Of a DNA stretch of 64,000 bases, positions 48,389 to 60,705 are shown piece by piece. The stretch's first letter is position 1, and every line of letters begins with the position of its first letter. Position numbers and translations under genes: made by a program. Origin of the DNA: Octopus sinensis (Eukaryota); assembly GCF_006345805.1 (NCBI RefSeq), contig NC_043000.1:138384001-138448000 (forward strand). Reading direction: 5' to 3'. The notes under the pieces were generated by a model. That model worked only from the letters and a program-made list of their open reading frames with translations. It made no database searches and was not told the DNA's origin.

Positions 48389-48510
48389 CATGTGTGCATG
48401 TGTGTATGTGTGTATGTGTGTGTGTGTGTGCATGTGTGCATGTGTGCATGTGTGTATGTGTGTATGTGTGTATGTGTGTGTGTGTGTGTGTATGTGCATA
48501 TGCATGTATG
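47905..48510. repeat. (TG)n-based minisatellite of atgtgtgc/atgtgtgt octamers
   Basis: Directly visible, about 600 bp. Confidence 0.97.
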
Positions 48511-49234
48511 CTTGATAAGCTGACTGACATTGAAAACCTGGATCCTAACCAGTTGAATATGGTTTATCTTTCCCTACATCTCTTTAGGCAACAACATGCA
48601 CTAAATATTTTGTTCACATCCATTCAGTATGTATCACAACATTTCAAAAACCACCAGATTTTTTTTTAATCTTCAGGGAGTAAACATTTGATCTGCAGAA
48701 ACTCCATCCAGCTGTTGGTTTTTTGGTTTCAGTTTTGTTATGTGTGTTATTTTAGCCAATCAGAAACTGAAAGTCTGTGAGCTATCTTTAGGTTAAGTAA
48801 ACAGAAATAAATCTGCATCTAACTCTCTCTCTCTCTCTCTTTCTCTCTCTTTCTTATATGTCACCAGATTAGACTGCCTCATTTCTCTCTCTCTTTCTCT
48901 CACTTTTCTCTCTCCTCTCTCTTTCTCCCTCATTTAACAAACAGTTAGCCTATGATCTAACATCAATGAAATAATTTCTTCTAGTTTAAATAAATGTTTG
49001 TTATCTATTTTATTTTTACTGGTAACTCTTTTATCTGTTTGTATAAAATTCTACAACATATGGCACCATACTTTTTGTAAAACAAGAAAATTTATGCATA
49101 CGTTCTTATAAACTGGTTTTTGTAAGATTTTCTTTGCTTGATTTTGTAAATTATGATCTGTTATCTTTCTTTCTGGATTCTACCTAACACAAATTTACAT
49201 TCACAGACCAAAAGCTGGGTAATGATCATTATTC

Positions 49235-49629
49235 ACAGATTGGCCTCCATGCCGGTGGCATGTAAAAAGCACCGTTTGAATGTGATCATTGCCAGCATCG
49301 CCTTACTGGCCCATGTGCCGGTGGCACATGAAAAACAATATTCGAATGTGGTCATTGTCAGTGCCGCCAGACTGGCTCCTGTACAGGTAGCACGTAAAAA
49401 ACACCTTTTGAAATGGTTGTTGCCAGAACTGCCTGACTGGCCCTCGTGCCAGTGGCACTTAAAAGCACCCACTACACTCTTAGAGTGGTTAGTGTAAGGA
49501 AGGGCATCCAGCTGTAGAAACTTTGCCAGATGAGATTGGTGCAACCTTCTGGCTCACCAGTCCTCAGTCAAACCGTCCAGCACATGCCAGATTGAAAAGC
49601 AGATGTTAAACGATGACTACGATGATTAC

Positions 49630-49669
<40 letters not shown>

Positions 49670-49670
49670 A
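49235..49670 (+). mobile_element. Family-C retroposon with about 4 internal repeats
   Basis: Repeated gtgccggtggcacgtaaaa units and a (gat)n tail. Confidence 0.85.
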
Positions 49671-49724
49671 ACAATGAAATCTAAATGGGAAAAAGGATAT
49701 AAAAGGAAATAAACTATAAATTCA

Positions 49725-49930
49725 TCATCATCACCATTTAACATCTGTCTTCCTTGACAGGAGCTGGCAAGCCAGAGAACTGCACCAGACTACAGTTGTC
49801 TGTTCAGTCTAGTTTCTATGGTTGGATACCCTTCGTAATGCCAAGCACTTTCCAGAGTGAACTGGTTGCTTTTTATGTGTCACCAGCTCAGCTGCTTTTT
49901 GCATGGCACCAGCATCAGTGGGGTCACCAA
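49725..49930 (-). mobile_element. Decayed family-C retroposon
   Basis: catcatcac..tttaacatc..ggatacccttcgtaatgcca. Confidence 0.6.
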
Positions 49931-50326
49931 GAATCTTGCAAAACAAGCCTTTCAGCTGAGAGAGGGATTGAAACGGGAGGAAGGAGTTGTGTGCCACACA
50001 AGAGATTAAAGTATAACAGAGAGACAGCAATAGCTGTCTTACTATTGAGGTGATATATGGGTACCTCAGTTGGTCAAGGAAGAAGAGGCAGGTAAGAAAA
50101 AGTTAGAAATAGTAAGGTAGTCAGAGCAAGAGAGCGAGAGAGAGAGAGAGAGAAATAGATGGTGGTGGAGATGTATTGAGGTCTATTCATAGGGAACAAT
50201 AGGGGTGTGTGTAAGTAGTACAGGGTGAGAGAGGAGGATGTTCTGCTCACACATATCTGCTGTAACCTGCTCCAATCCACTCCAATTTCTCCCAACATCA
50301 CTTGCTACACACACACTACACACACA

Positions 50327-50359
<33 letters not shown>

Positions 50360-50709
50360 ATCACACAGACTCACACACATATATATTATGTTGCTAACCC
50401 TCTGAAAATCCATTTTACTCTCTAGAAATCTCTTAAATGATAAAAATATTTTTAATGGTTGCTCTTTAATAAAGTAATGTAAATTGAAAATTGTAAACAA
50501 TATTGCTGTCAACATATTTATGAGGAATATAATTTTTTTTAAACTCATAACATGATCTGTATTCTCTGAATGTAATAGCTTTGAAGCAAAATGAAAGCTG
50601 GTTAAATGAATCTTGCCCATGGTTTATCATTTTAACATATCCCATTAGATACACTTAGAATAGCAAAAAAGTATAAAATCTCATGGAGAAAGATGTGGAT
50701 GACAACTAA

Positions 50710-50920
50710 CCATCATCATCATCATCATCATCGTTTAACGTCCGCTTTTCATGCTAGCATGGGTTGGACGATTTGACTGAGGGTTAGCGAACCAAATGGC
50801 TGCATCAGGCTTCAGTCTTGATCTGGCAGAGTTTCTACAGCTGGATGCCCTTCCTAATGCCAACCACTCTGAGAGTGTAGAGGGTGATTTTATGTGCCAC
50901 TTGCATGGGAGCCAGTCAGG
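50710..50920 (-). mobile_element. Family-C retroposon
   Basis: Consensus match. Confidence 0.88.
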
Positions 50921-51029
50921 CTAGAATATGTTTATTTAAGAAGTGAAATTCGTTTGGTGTAGTGGAATCAAAATTGTTTGCATTTCACAAATCACAAGTG
51001 ACAAACCAAATTGAAATGGTTAAAAAAGG

Positions 51030-51180
51030 TGCATAGTCCAGTGCTTTAGAGTACTGACCTAACAATAATACTATGGCTTTGATTCCTGTGCAAGTACCTT
51101 GCTTAAGGTCACTGTACCCTTGAGCAAAATACTTCATTTCATGTTACCTCAGTCTTTTCAACTGAAATAAGTGCTATCTC
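51030..51180 (+). mobile_element. Decayed family-F SINE head
   Basis: cccttgagcaaaatacttcatttcatgtt CORE-like motif. Confidence 0.45.
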
Positions 51181-51280
51181 CTCTCTCCCTTCAGCTGTCA
51201 CATCCTTGGTATTTTGCTGGGTCAAAGGTAATGGTTCAAAGACCATGGCTATCTACTCATAATTACATACCCATCTAAAA

Positions 51281-51396
51281 CAGGAGTGGCTGTGTGGTAA
51301 GTAGCTTGCTTACCAACTACATGTTTCCGGGTTCATTCCCACTGCATGGCACCTTGTGAGTGGATTTGGTAGATGGAAACTGAAAGAAGCCCGTCG

Positions 51397-51437
<41 letters not shown>

Positions 51438-51658
51438 GTGTATATGTTTGTGTGTCTGTGTTGGACCCCCTACCATTGCTTGGCAATTGATGTTGGTGTG
51501 TTTACATTCCTGTAACATAGCAGTTCAGCAAAAGAGACTGATAGAATAAGTACTAGGCTTACAAAGAATAAGTCCTGCAGTTGATTTACTTGACTAAAGG
51601 CGGTGCTCCTGCATGGCTGTAGTACAAATGACTGAAACGGGTAAAAGAGTAAAAGAGT
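51281..51658 (+). mobile_element. SINE family A with internal deletion
   Basis: Consensus match; the gcacctt..gccttgtgag segment is collapsed. Confidence 0.88.
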
Positions 51659-52184
51659 TGCAGGTCATACTCAATTGTGGGTAAATGATGGCTTTGACTT
51701 AGTTTTTTTTTAAACAAGTTGCTAAGAACTTGTATCATTCATATACATAAAGCACAAAATTACTAAGCAGCTGTAGATTTTGTTTATTGCTTTAACAGTA
51801 TTCTAAAACTGCAAGTATTGCAAAATGCTGGGAAGTATTCTCAGAATTGAGCTTGTAATGCAATTTCAGTTCTCAGAAGAAGCAATCCAATTAAATTAGC
51901 TTACATCTGAGATAATTGTCATCTTTTTTTTAGCTCTTAACTTCAGCTGATTAAGCAAACAAAATGAATGGCTACCTCTACAAAGAGGGAACAATTTATA
52001 TTCTTTCATCACTGCTGAGCAATAGTCACTTCACAGACATGTAAACTTTAATATTTTAACCAATTTACTAATAACTAAGTGCTACGAGATGGTACAGATG
52101 AAATTTGTAAACAGAAAAAATGGTCTAAGATTAGAGAGTGAGTCTTGATCATGATATGTCAATCTCACATCCTGCCAATCATGT

Positions 52185-52500
52185 GTGGAGGCACATGGCC
52201 TAATGGTTAAAGCAGCAGACTCGTGGTCGGGGGAACGTGGGTTCGAATCTCAGACCGGGTGATGTGAGTGTTTATGAGCGAAACACCTAAGCTCCATGCG
52301 GCTCCAGCAGAAGGTAATGGCAAACTTCTGCTGATTCTTTCATCACAACTTTCTCTCACTCTTTCCTCCTGCATCTTGCAGCTCACCTGCGACGGACCAG
52401 TGTCCCATCCAGGTGGGGAACCTATGCACCACAGAAACTGGGAAACCGGCCCTTACGAGCCAGGCATGGCTCGAGAAGGAACAAACAAAACAAACAACAA
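52185..52500 (+). mobile_element. SINE family E
   Basis: tRNA-like head (ggttcgaatc) and (aac)n tail. Confidence 0.88.
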
Positions 52501-52607
52501 TCATGGTCAACTTGGAGAAGTACTCTCTTTAAGTTAGTACGATTAATAATTTATAGATGGTGGCATCTGATTAGGAGAAGGGTAGGACATTCTATTTATC
52601 AAATATA

Positions 52608-53020
52608 GGCGCAGGAGTGGCTGTGTGGTAAGGAGCTTGCTAACCAACCACATGGTTCCGGGTTCAGTCCCACTGCGTGGCATCTTGGGCAAGTGTCTTC
52701 TGCTATAAGTCCGGGCTGACCAAAGCCTTGTGAGTGGATTTGGTAGACGGAAACTGAAAGAAGCCTGTCGTATATATGTAAATATATATATATGTGTGTG
52801 TGTATGTGTTTGTGTGTCTGTGTTTGTCCCCCTAGCATTGCTTGACAACTGATGCTGGTGTGTTTATGTCCCCGTTACTTAGCGGTTCGGCAAAAGAGAC
52901 TGATAGAATAAGTACTGGGCTTACAAAGAATAAGTCCCGGGGTCGATTTGCTCGACTAAAAGGTGGTGCTCCAGCATGGCCACAGTCAATTGACTTAAAC
53001 AAGTAAAAGAGTAAAAGAGA
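52608..53020 (+). mobile_element. SINE family A, full length
   Basis: Consensus match. Confidence 0.93.
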
Positions 53021-53446
53021 AAGAGAGTGAAATAAGAAGAAATGTAATATCTGAGAAATCCACACTTAGAACTGTGTTGGCAAGTTTTTTCAGAAATAAG
53101 AAGGAAAACCTATAATGTCATAATGTCACTGTATTTCATTCAGAAGAAAAGAAAGATATCTTGAGATTTTGGAAAATTTTCCTTTGTCAAAACAGACCGA
53201 AAGAAGTAAAAAAGAAAAAGAATCTAAAAAAAGAAGAAAAGAAAAATGTATGTGTGTTATCAAACCAGCATAGCTGAAGATTGAAACTGTGAATAATAAT
53301 AAAATTAACAATAAAGAAAAGTGATAAAGCTAAAAAAATATTTTCTACACATACACACATATATGTATTTATGTATGTATGTGTATTTTGTGAGGATGTG
53401 CATAGAGTAGTGAGGTGAGAATCCGAAAAATAACGTAACTATTCAC

Positions 53447-54080
53447 TCTTAATATTTTCTGACAGATTCAACCGTGAATAACTGACTGCCGCTGTTTGCA
53501 TCATTGGAAAGCACTTCCTTCCATTAGATGATACGATTCACATGTATTTCAATGGTGTAAGAGGATTTTGGGACATCATGGTGTTTTGCTCTGATTACGT
53601 GTTTCCGCAGACAAAATTTTTTCCTCGCTGGACCAATGAATGTAACAAGAGGGCGAGCTCTTGTATGTAGATATTAGCAAACAAAGTTCTTGCTGATGTG
53701 GTCCGATATTCATAGTCGAATCTGCTAGAATATATTAAAAATGATTAAATAATTTATTGCTTGGATTCATGCTGTTCTACAGGGATACCATGATTTATTA
53801 TCAGTTTAGAAGACATCAACATGCATGAGAAAATAATTTGTTTATTGATTTTTATTAAACAAAGAGCTTATAGTCTTGTTTGATTCATTGGGTTTGCAGG
53901 GTATCTTTGGGTGGGAAGACACACTATAAGGCCAAAATACTGCAATGTCTTAAAGCCTCCTTACACCAGTGAGTCAAGTGTATTACGAATGTGTATCATC
54001 AATGGGAGGAAGTGTTTTCCAATGATGAAGAACAACAGTAATCAGACATTCATATTTAAATCTACCAAATTGCATTAAGA
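53447..54080. mobile_element. Old MITE-like element with about 130-bp diverged inverted arms
   Basis: 53447-53577 aligns to the reverse complement of 53945-54080 (core catcattggaaa.cacttcct.ccatt.gatgatac). Confidence 0.7.
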
Positions 54081-54125
54081 ATAACTAGATACATTATTGT
54101 AATAACACACAGACATATATATATT

Positions 54126-54184
<59 letters not shown>

Positions 54185-54189
<5 letters not shown>

Positions 54190-54550
54190 ATATAAACGGC
54201 AGTTGTCTGTGCATGTTTCTGTGTGTCTGTTTTCTCGTACCCTCACTCTGACCACGGCTTTCAACCGATTCTGATGAAACTTGACACACACATAGCCAAT
54301 GTCATAATTCAAAACTAACGCAGCGAAAATTTTGAAAAGTCCCCCAGTTCTGAAAAAAATCGATAAATTCGACATGGGGCGAGAATCAGAAACACGAACC
54401 ACGAACTGTGTAGGGGACGCAACTCCACCTTTTTTAACTATCAAAAAAAAATTTACCATCATTTTTTTGCTGTTTTTGGCTATAACTCTCTAAAAATGCT
54501 TTATAGTTATTTCCCTTACAAACCAGAGCAACGCCGGGCGATACTGCTAG
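54185..54550 (+). mobile_element. Non-autonomous Helitron, complete (366 bp)
   Basis: A|TC 5' end, subterminal GC hairpin at 54523-54538, CTAG|T 3' end, inserted in (TA)n. Confidence 0.88.
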
Positions 54551-54570
54551 TATATATATATATATATATA

Positions 54571-54985
54571 GGCGCAGGTGTGGCTGTGTGGTAAGTAGCT
54601 TGTTTACCAACCACATGGTTCCGGGTTCAGTCCCACTGCGTGGCATCTTGGGCAAGTGTCTTCTGCTATAGCCTCGGGCCAACCAATGCCTTGAGAGTGG
54701 ATTTGGTATACGGAAACTGAAAGAAGCCAGTCGTATATATGTATATTTATATATATGTATTTGTGTGTATGTTTGTGTGTCTGTGTTTGTCCCCCTAGCA
54801 TTGCTTGACAACCGATACTGGTGTGTTCACGTCCCCTTCACTTAGCGGTTCGGCAAAACAGACCGATAGAATAACTACTAGGCTTACAAAGAATAAGTCC
54901 CGGGGTCGATTTGCTCAACTAAAGGCGGTGCTCCAGCATGGCCACAGTCAAATGACTGAAAAAAGTAAAAGAGAGTAAAGAGTAT
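54571..54985 (+). mobile_element. SINE family A
   Basis: Consensus match. Confidence 0.92.
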
Positions 54986-55058
54986 ATATACACACACACA
55001 TATATATACCCATGTACATACAAATACATACACACACACACACACACATATGTATACA

Positions 55059-55220
55059 GGCGTAGGAGTGGCTGTGTGGTAAGTAGCTTGCTTACGAACC
55101 ACATGGTTCTGGGTTCAGTCCCACTGCATGGCACCTTGGGCAAGTGTCTTTAACTATAGCCTCAGGCTCACTAAAGCCTTGTGAGTGGATTTGGTAGACG
55201 GACACTGAAAGAAGCCTGTC

Positions 55221-55260
<40 letters not shown>

Positions 55261-55470
55261 ATGTGTGTGTGTATGTTTGTGTGTCTGTGTTTGTCCCCCC
55301 AATCCATCATTGCTTGACAACCGATGCTGGTGTGTTTACATCCCCGTAACTTAGCGGTTCGGCAACAGACACCAATAGAATAAGTACTATGTTGATTTGC
55401 TTGACTAAAAGGTGGTGCTCCAGCATGACCACAGTCAAATGACTGAAACAAGTAAAAGAGTAAAAGAGAG
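55059..55470 (+). mobile_element. SINE family A
   Basis: Consensus match. Confidence 0.9.
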
Positions 55471-55504
55471 TAATATATATATATACACACACACACATAT
55501 ACAA

Positions 55505-56065
55505 GTGTTGGGCCTCGTGGAGGCAAAGTGGCTGAGTTCGTTTCAGGTATTGGGCTGCACGGGGGCAAAGTTGCCAAGTTCCTTTTGAGAGTTGAGCCTT
55601 ACGGAGGCAATCATTGAGACCTTTGGCCTTATATAATGCTTTAGAAGAAGACTTATCAGATACCGGAGTCACACAAATGGCACCATGCTACTGGCATGTA
55701 AAAGCACCCATTACAGTCTCAGAGTGGGTGGCATTAAGAAGGGCATCCATGCCAAATCAGACTGGAGTCAGGTGTAGCCTTTCAGCATGCCTGCCTAGTC
55801 AAACCATCCAACCCATGCCAGCATGGACAATGGACGTTAAATGATGATGATGATATATATATCATCATCATCATCATCATCATCGTTTAATGTCCATTTT
55901 CCGCGCTAGCACGGGTTGGACGGTTCGACCGAGGTCTGATCTGGCAGTGTTTCTACAGCTGGATGCCCTTCCTAACATCAACCACTCCACGAGTGTAGTG
56001 GGTGCTTTTTACGTGCCACCGGCACAGGTGCCAGGGGAGTCTGGCATCGGCCACGATCGGTTGTA
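55505..56065. mobile_element. Tail-to-tail family-C pair
   Basis: (+) copy 55505-55855 and (-) copy 55860-56065, joined at (gat)n-atatat-(atc)n. Confidence 0.88.
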
Positions 56066-56334
56066 AATAAATGGAGTTGAACGCAGATGTTATTCAAATT
56101 CTCTTACTTTCGACATATGTTTTGAAGACAACATTGGTTTTATTCCAAAGGAATATATATATATATATATTTTAATAATAATAATAATAATAATAATATG
56201 ACAACAATGAATGAGTGGGACCTCAATATTATGTAAAATAGAGGATGAGATACTGGAGCGGACTTCATCTTTGATATCTGAAACTCTGAGTTTTATCATG
56301 ACAACCAATTACTAATTGTCACATAGTACATATA

Positions 56335-56351
56335 TATATGTGTGTGTGTGT

Positions 56352-56410
<59 letters not shown>

Positions 56411-56425
56411 GTGTATGTATGTATA
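56335..56425. repeat. (TG)n microsatellite
   Basis: Directly visible. Confidence 0.95.
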
Positions 56426-57557
56426 ATGAAACAGAAAAATGAAATTTTTAGGTATTATTTATTCTTCATTACATGTGTTTCCTTTGCTAATAGGAATAAC
56501 AAAGGTTTACATGTTATATAAACATGTAAGGAATTTTCTTTTTATAATTCTTCAGAGAAAAAAAAATATATATATATATACAAATATAAATTTTTTTTTA
56601 ATATTTTTTCTCTAGATATATATCTTTTATATTTTAATGGTTGTGTTGTTTGGTAGAATTGTTAGAATGCCTTGATGTATTTAATTATATCTCTTTGCAT
56701 TCCAAGTTCAAATTTTGCGAATGCTCACCTTGTCACAAGATTTGTTTGTGAGTGCTGGATTAGTACTTTGAGTAATATAATTTATGATATTCCTCCTTAT
56801 GTTAAATTTTCAATTCTTATGTCATTGCATTTGATTATTATTTCTTAAGATTATTAAATATATAAATATTCCATACAATGACTGGCCAGTCATAAATATT
56901 TCATATCACAAAACATTTTATGAATATCGTGTCTTATATATCATAAATCATATACATGTATAGAAACATGTGGAAAACTCTGAGTAGTAACAAAAGCTAA
57001 TTTATTTTAGCTCTACAATATACAAATAATATGGATTTGACGATCTATACCCATAAGTATACTCACAAATATTTGAGTGTATTTGTACTTATATATATGT
57101 ATGTTAATGTATTCCCACTGATAAACACAGGAACATAGAGATACACATATTTCATTAATATTTGGAAGGTACATAAATGCATATGTCAATACATAATCCT
57201 ATGCAAATGCATCCCTAAGCAAAGAGAAAAAACCAAAGCCTTACACACATATGTGTCCACACACATATAGACACTTTAATAAGCAGTAACATGCACACAG
57301 AGATACACATACAGACACATATATACATATAGACCTATAGAGTATGCGAAAAAATTATGGAATGATACGTTATATGAAAAGCAATAATATTTAAAGAAAA
57401 ACAAGTAATATGCTATATGGTAGCAATATATATTATTTACTGCCTCTAATTAGCATTCTGTGTGTATTTTATAGGTTTAGCTAACAGCAAGCCAAATTTT
57501 TACATACACAATGGTACAGATGTGTGAACATTGAAAGTGGCTTGTTTTTATTTTCAG

Positions 57558-57631
57558 GTGGTGAAGCAATACCAGGCAGAAGTGAAGTAGGGAATTCAAA
57601 TATGCCTTCTATTGATTCAAATTACATTTGA
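57558..57631 (+). CDS. Weak candidate coding exon
   Basis: Strong acceptor cttgtttttattttcag|G; phase 1 reads GGEAIPGRSEVGNSNMPSIDSNYI*. No homology recognised. Confidence 0.2.
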
Positions 57632-57798
57632 ATGCAATTGAATTAGGTTTCTCTGGGAACATTTTTGTTGCCTAACCAGAGTAAATAACTAAAAATTTAC
57701 ATTACACTTTCATTGGCAAATTGTTTAATTTATATTTATACACACAAATTCACGCACATACAGATATCCATTCTCATATTTATTCAAATGCATACACA

Positions 57799-57799
<1 letters not shown>

Positions 57800-57890
<91 letters not shown>

Positions 57891-58050
57891 ATATATATAT
57901 GTATATATATGTATATATATATATTGTTATATTTCGGAATGGTCATATTGTCAGTTTAGCCAATAAAAACACACGCACTATATATTTGTATATATGTATA
58001 TATATATATATATATATATACCCATACATACACATATATATACGTGATAG
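57800..58050. repeat. (TA)n-rich microsatellite
   Basis: Directly visible. Confidence 0.93.
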
Positions 58051-59399
58051 TGTGTGTGTGTGTGTGAAATTCACATATACATACACAAATACATCATATC
58101 CTTTGTGTTATTATCTCATTTTGTCACTTGTGTTACTTTTCTATCTATCATTTGTAGCTTTCTATCTTACACACACATGCATGCATTTATGAATGTATGT
58201 ATATTTATGAGATGCATGTATTAATGCACGTATACATAATCATATATGTGTATTTGCATGTGGGCTTGATAAATTTCTGTGTGAGAACATTTTTACTTAT
58301 GTCAGCAATCAGTCATCTATTTAATCAATTTATCTATCATTTTGTCTACCCAATTATTGATTAATTAATGTAGTGAAATATACTGATTCTATGTGTTAAT
58401 TATATCATCATATTAATAAATTATAATTGATATTAATAAAGATGTGTGGAATACATCATATAAAGCTAATATAATCATAAGGAACATCAAGTATCCTTTA
58501 TTATCCAAAATAGGGTAAAATGATATCAGTTTAACACCTTCCTAAATATAAAAGGAATTTTTTTTATCTTTTGATCTAGATGTCGTTTTTAATCACTTAA
58601 TCTTACATTTGTGAGTTTTCTCAGAGTAAAAGGGAAATAAACTTGATATTCTATCAATTTTTTTATTTATTTTTATTTTTTGTTCTTTTACAATGGTTTG
58701 GGTTTTATTAGAGTAGGAAGATTTTATGCATATTATCTATTTTCTCAGACCTCTGAGGTTGGTGGGTGGGAGGTATTTATTCTCAGACAAAACCTCTAAC
58801 TTGAATTACTTTAACAGAGTTAACTCCACTCATATCAAACAAGTTTTTAAGTGATGGATTAAGTGCAAGAATAGACTTCAAAACAGACCTCCATCTACCA
58901 AATTTTCCATCCCCTAATTTTCTTCTGTTTTTGATCAGCATGATGTTTTAATACAGAACACCTGACAATGGTGAAAGTATGCCCAAAATTACAGAGAGGG
59001 ATTGAATTAAGAATTACATACTTTTTAAGTGTCTTAATTACATAGTCATGTTTTATTAAGAAAAGTACTAACCTTTCATCTATTTATACTGAGAACCGTT
59101 AAATAATATTTTCGTTTTACAAAATTTTTTTTATCAGTAAGAAAAACAAAACGATGAAGATATGCTCTTAACTACATAAATTTAAAACAATTACCTTCTC
59201 CAAGAGAGAATCCATGCAGTCACTTTACCTGTTAAATGTAATTGCTAAAACTCTTTACACCAGACATTGTTGGCTTTAATAAAAATAATATGTTAGATAA
59301 TGTAATTCCTGATATGCAGAGAGGAAGGAAGATCATGGTTGGAATGGCTTTGATAATATGTCTGCTCAATAATACTGATTCTGGGTTAAACATCTGCAT

Positions 59400-59850
59400 C
59401 ATCATCATTATTGTTTCACATCTGTTTTCCATGCTAGCATGGGTTGGACTGTTTGATCAGGGTCTGGGAAGCCAGGAGGCTGCACCAAGCTCCAATATGA
59501 TCTGGCAGTGTTTCTACAGCTGGATGCCCTTCCTAATGCCAACCACTCCATGAGTGTAGTGGGTGCTTTTTACGTGTCACCGGCACAGATGCCAGGTGAG
59601 GCTGGCAATGGCCACGATCTGTTGGTGTTTTTACATGCCACTGGCACAGGTGCCAGGTGAGACTGGCAACGGCCATGATCGATTGGTGCTTTTTACGTGC
59701 CACTGGCACAGAAGCCAGTCAAGGCAGCGTTGGCATCGGCCACGTTGGATGGTGCTTTTACGTGCCACCGGCACAGGTATCACAACTATGATTTCCATTT
59801 GATTTTTTGATGTTGATGTACTTGGCTCAATAGGTCTCCTCAAGCACAGG
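59400..59850 (-). mobile_element. Family-C retroposon with 3-4 internal repeats
   Basis: Consensus match. Confidence 0.88.
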
Positions 59851-59964
59851 GAATAATAATACTATTATTATTATTATCTTTCTTTAAACCCCTTAACCAA
59901 ATTTGTTTCATAAACCCTCAATTCTTTTGTGCATTGGTAGAATTGACTCATTCATAAGTAGATC

Positions 59965-60380
59965 AGTTACTCTTTTACTCTTTTACTTGTTTCAGTCATT
60001 TTGACTGCGGCCATGCTGGAGCACCGCCTTTAGTCGAGCAAACCGACCCCGGGACTTATTCTTTGTAAGCCCAGTACTTATTCTATCGGTCTCTTTTGCC
60101 GAACCGCTAAGTAACAGGGACGTAAACACACCAGCATCGGTTGTCAAGCAATGCTAGGGTGACAAACACAGACACACAAACATATACACACACACTTATA
60201 TATATATATACATATATACGACAGGCTTCTTTCAGTTTCCGTCTACCAAATCCACTCACAAGGCATTGGTTGGCCCGGGGCTATAGCAGGAGACACTTGC
60301 CCAAGATGCCACGCAGTGGGACTGATACCGGAACCATGTGGTTGGTTAGCAAGCTACTTACCACTCAGCCACTCCTGCGC
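59965..60380 (-). mobile_element. SINE family A, full length
   Basis: Consensus match. Confidence 0.93.
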
Positions 60381-60449
60381 CCATAGTGGTTTCAGTTTCC
60401 TTGTTAATGTCTGTCTCTATTGTGCTATACCCAGCGAAAACAATGTGAA

Positions 60450-60705
60450 CTATTATAACCTACTTACTACCTCAGAAGCCAAAAATATGACATCCAAACG
60501 ATCATAAATGATCCAGTTATTTTCATGCTGCTTGATATTTGCCAATAATGATTTAATCATGCCATAACGTTCCTAACAATAGACTAAATAACGAATAAGG
60601 TATGCTCAATAGCAAATAAGAAATAAGCTGTTCTATTTCTATTATGCAGAAAAACATGTTATAAATTTGTCTTTGAACTGTAAACAGTCTCTATTCACTT
60701 GACAG
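60450..60705 (-). pseudogene. DNA transposase remnant, Chapaev3/CMC-like
   Basis: SE*RLF..SSKTNL*HVFLHNRN...ERYGMIKSLLANIKQHENNWIIYD resembles EWRLFIDSSK.SLK.VLLHNGN...EHNW.I..DLK as I recall it. Confidence 0.6.

Noticed and set aside
47871-48669. 200-250 aa ORFs in all frames
   Set aside because: Minisatellite without stop codons; not coding.
59560-59780. CRISPR-like repeat-spacer array
   Set aside because: The units are internal repeats of a retroposon with homologous spacers; eukaryotic context, no cas genes.
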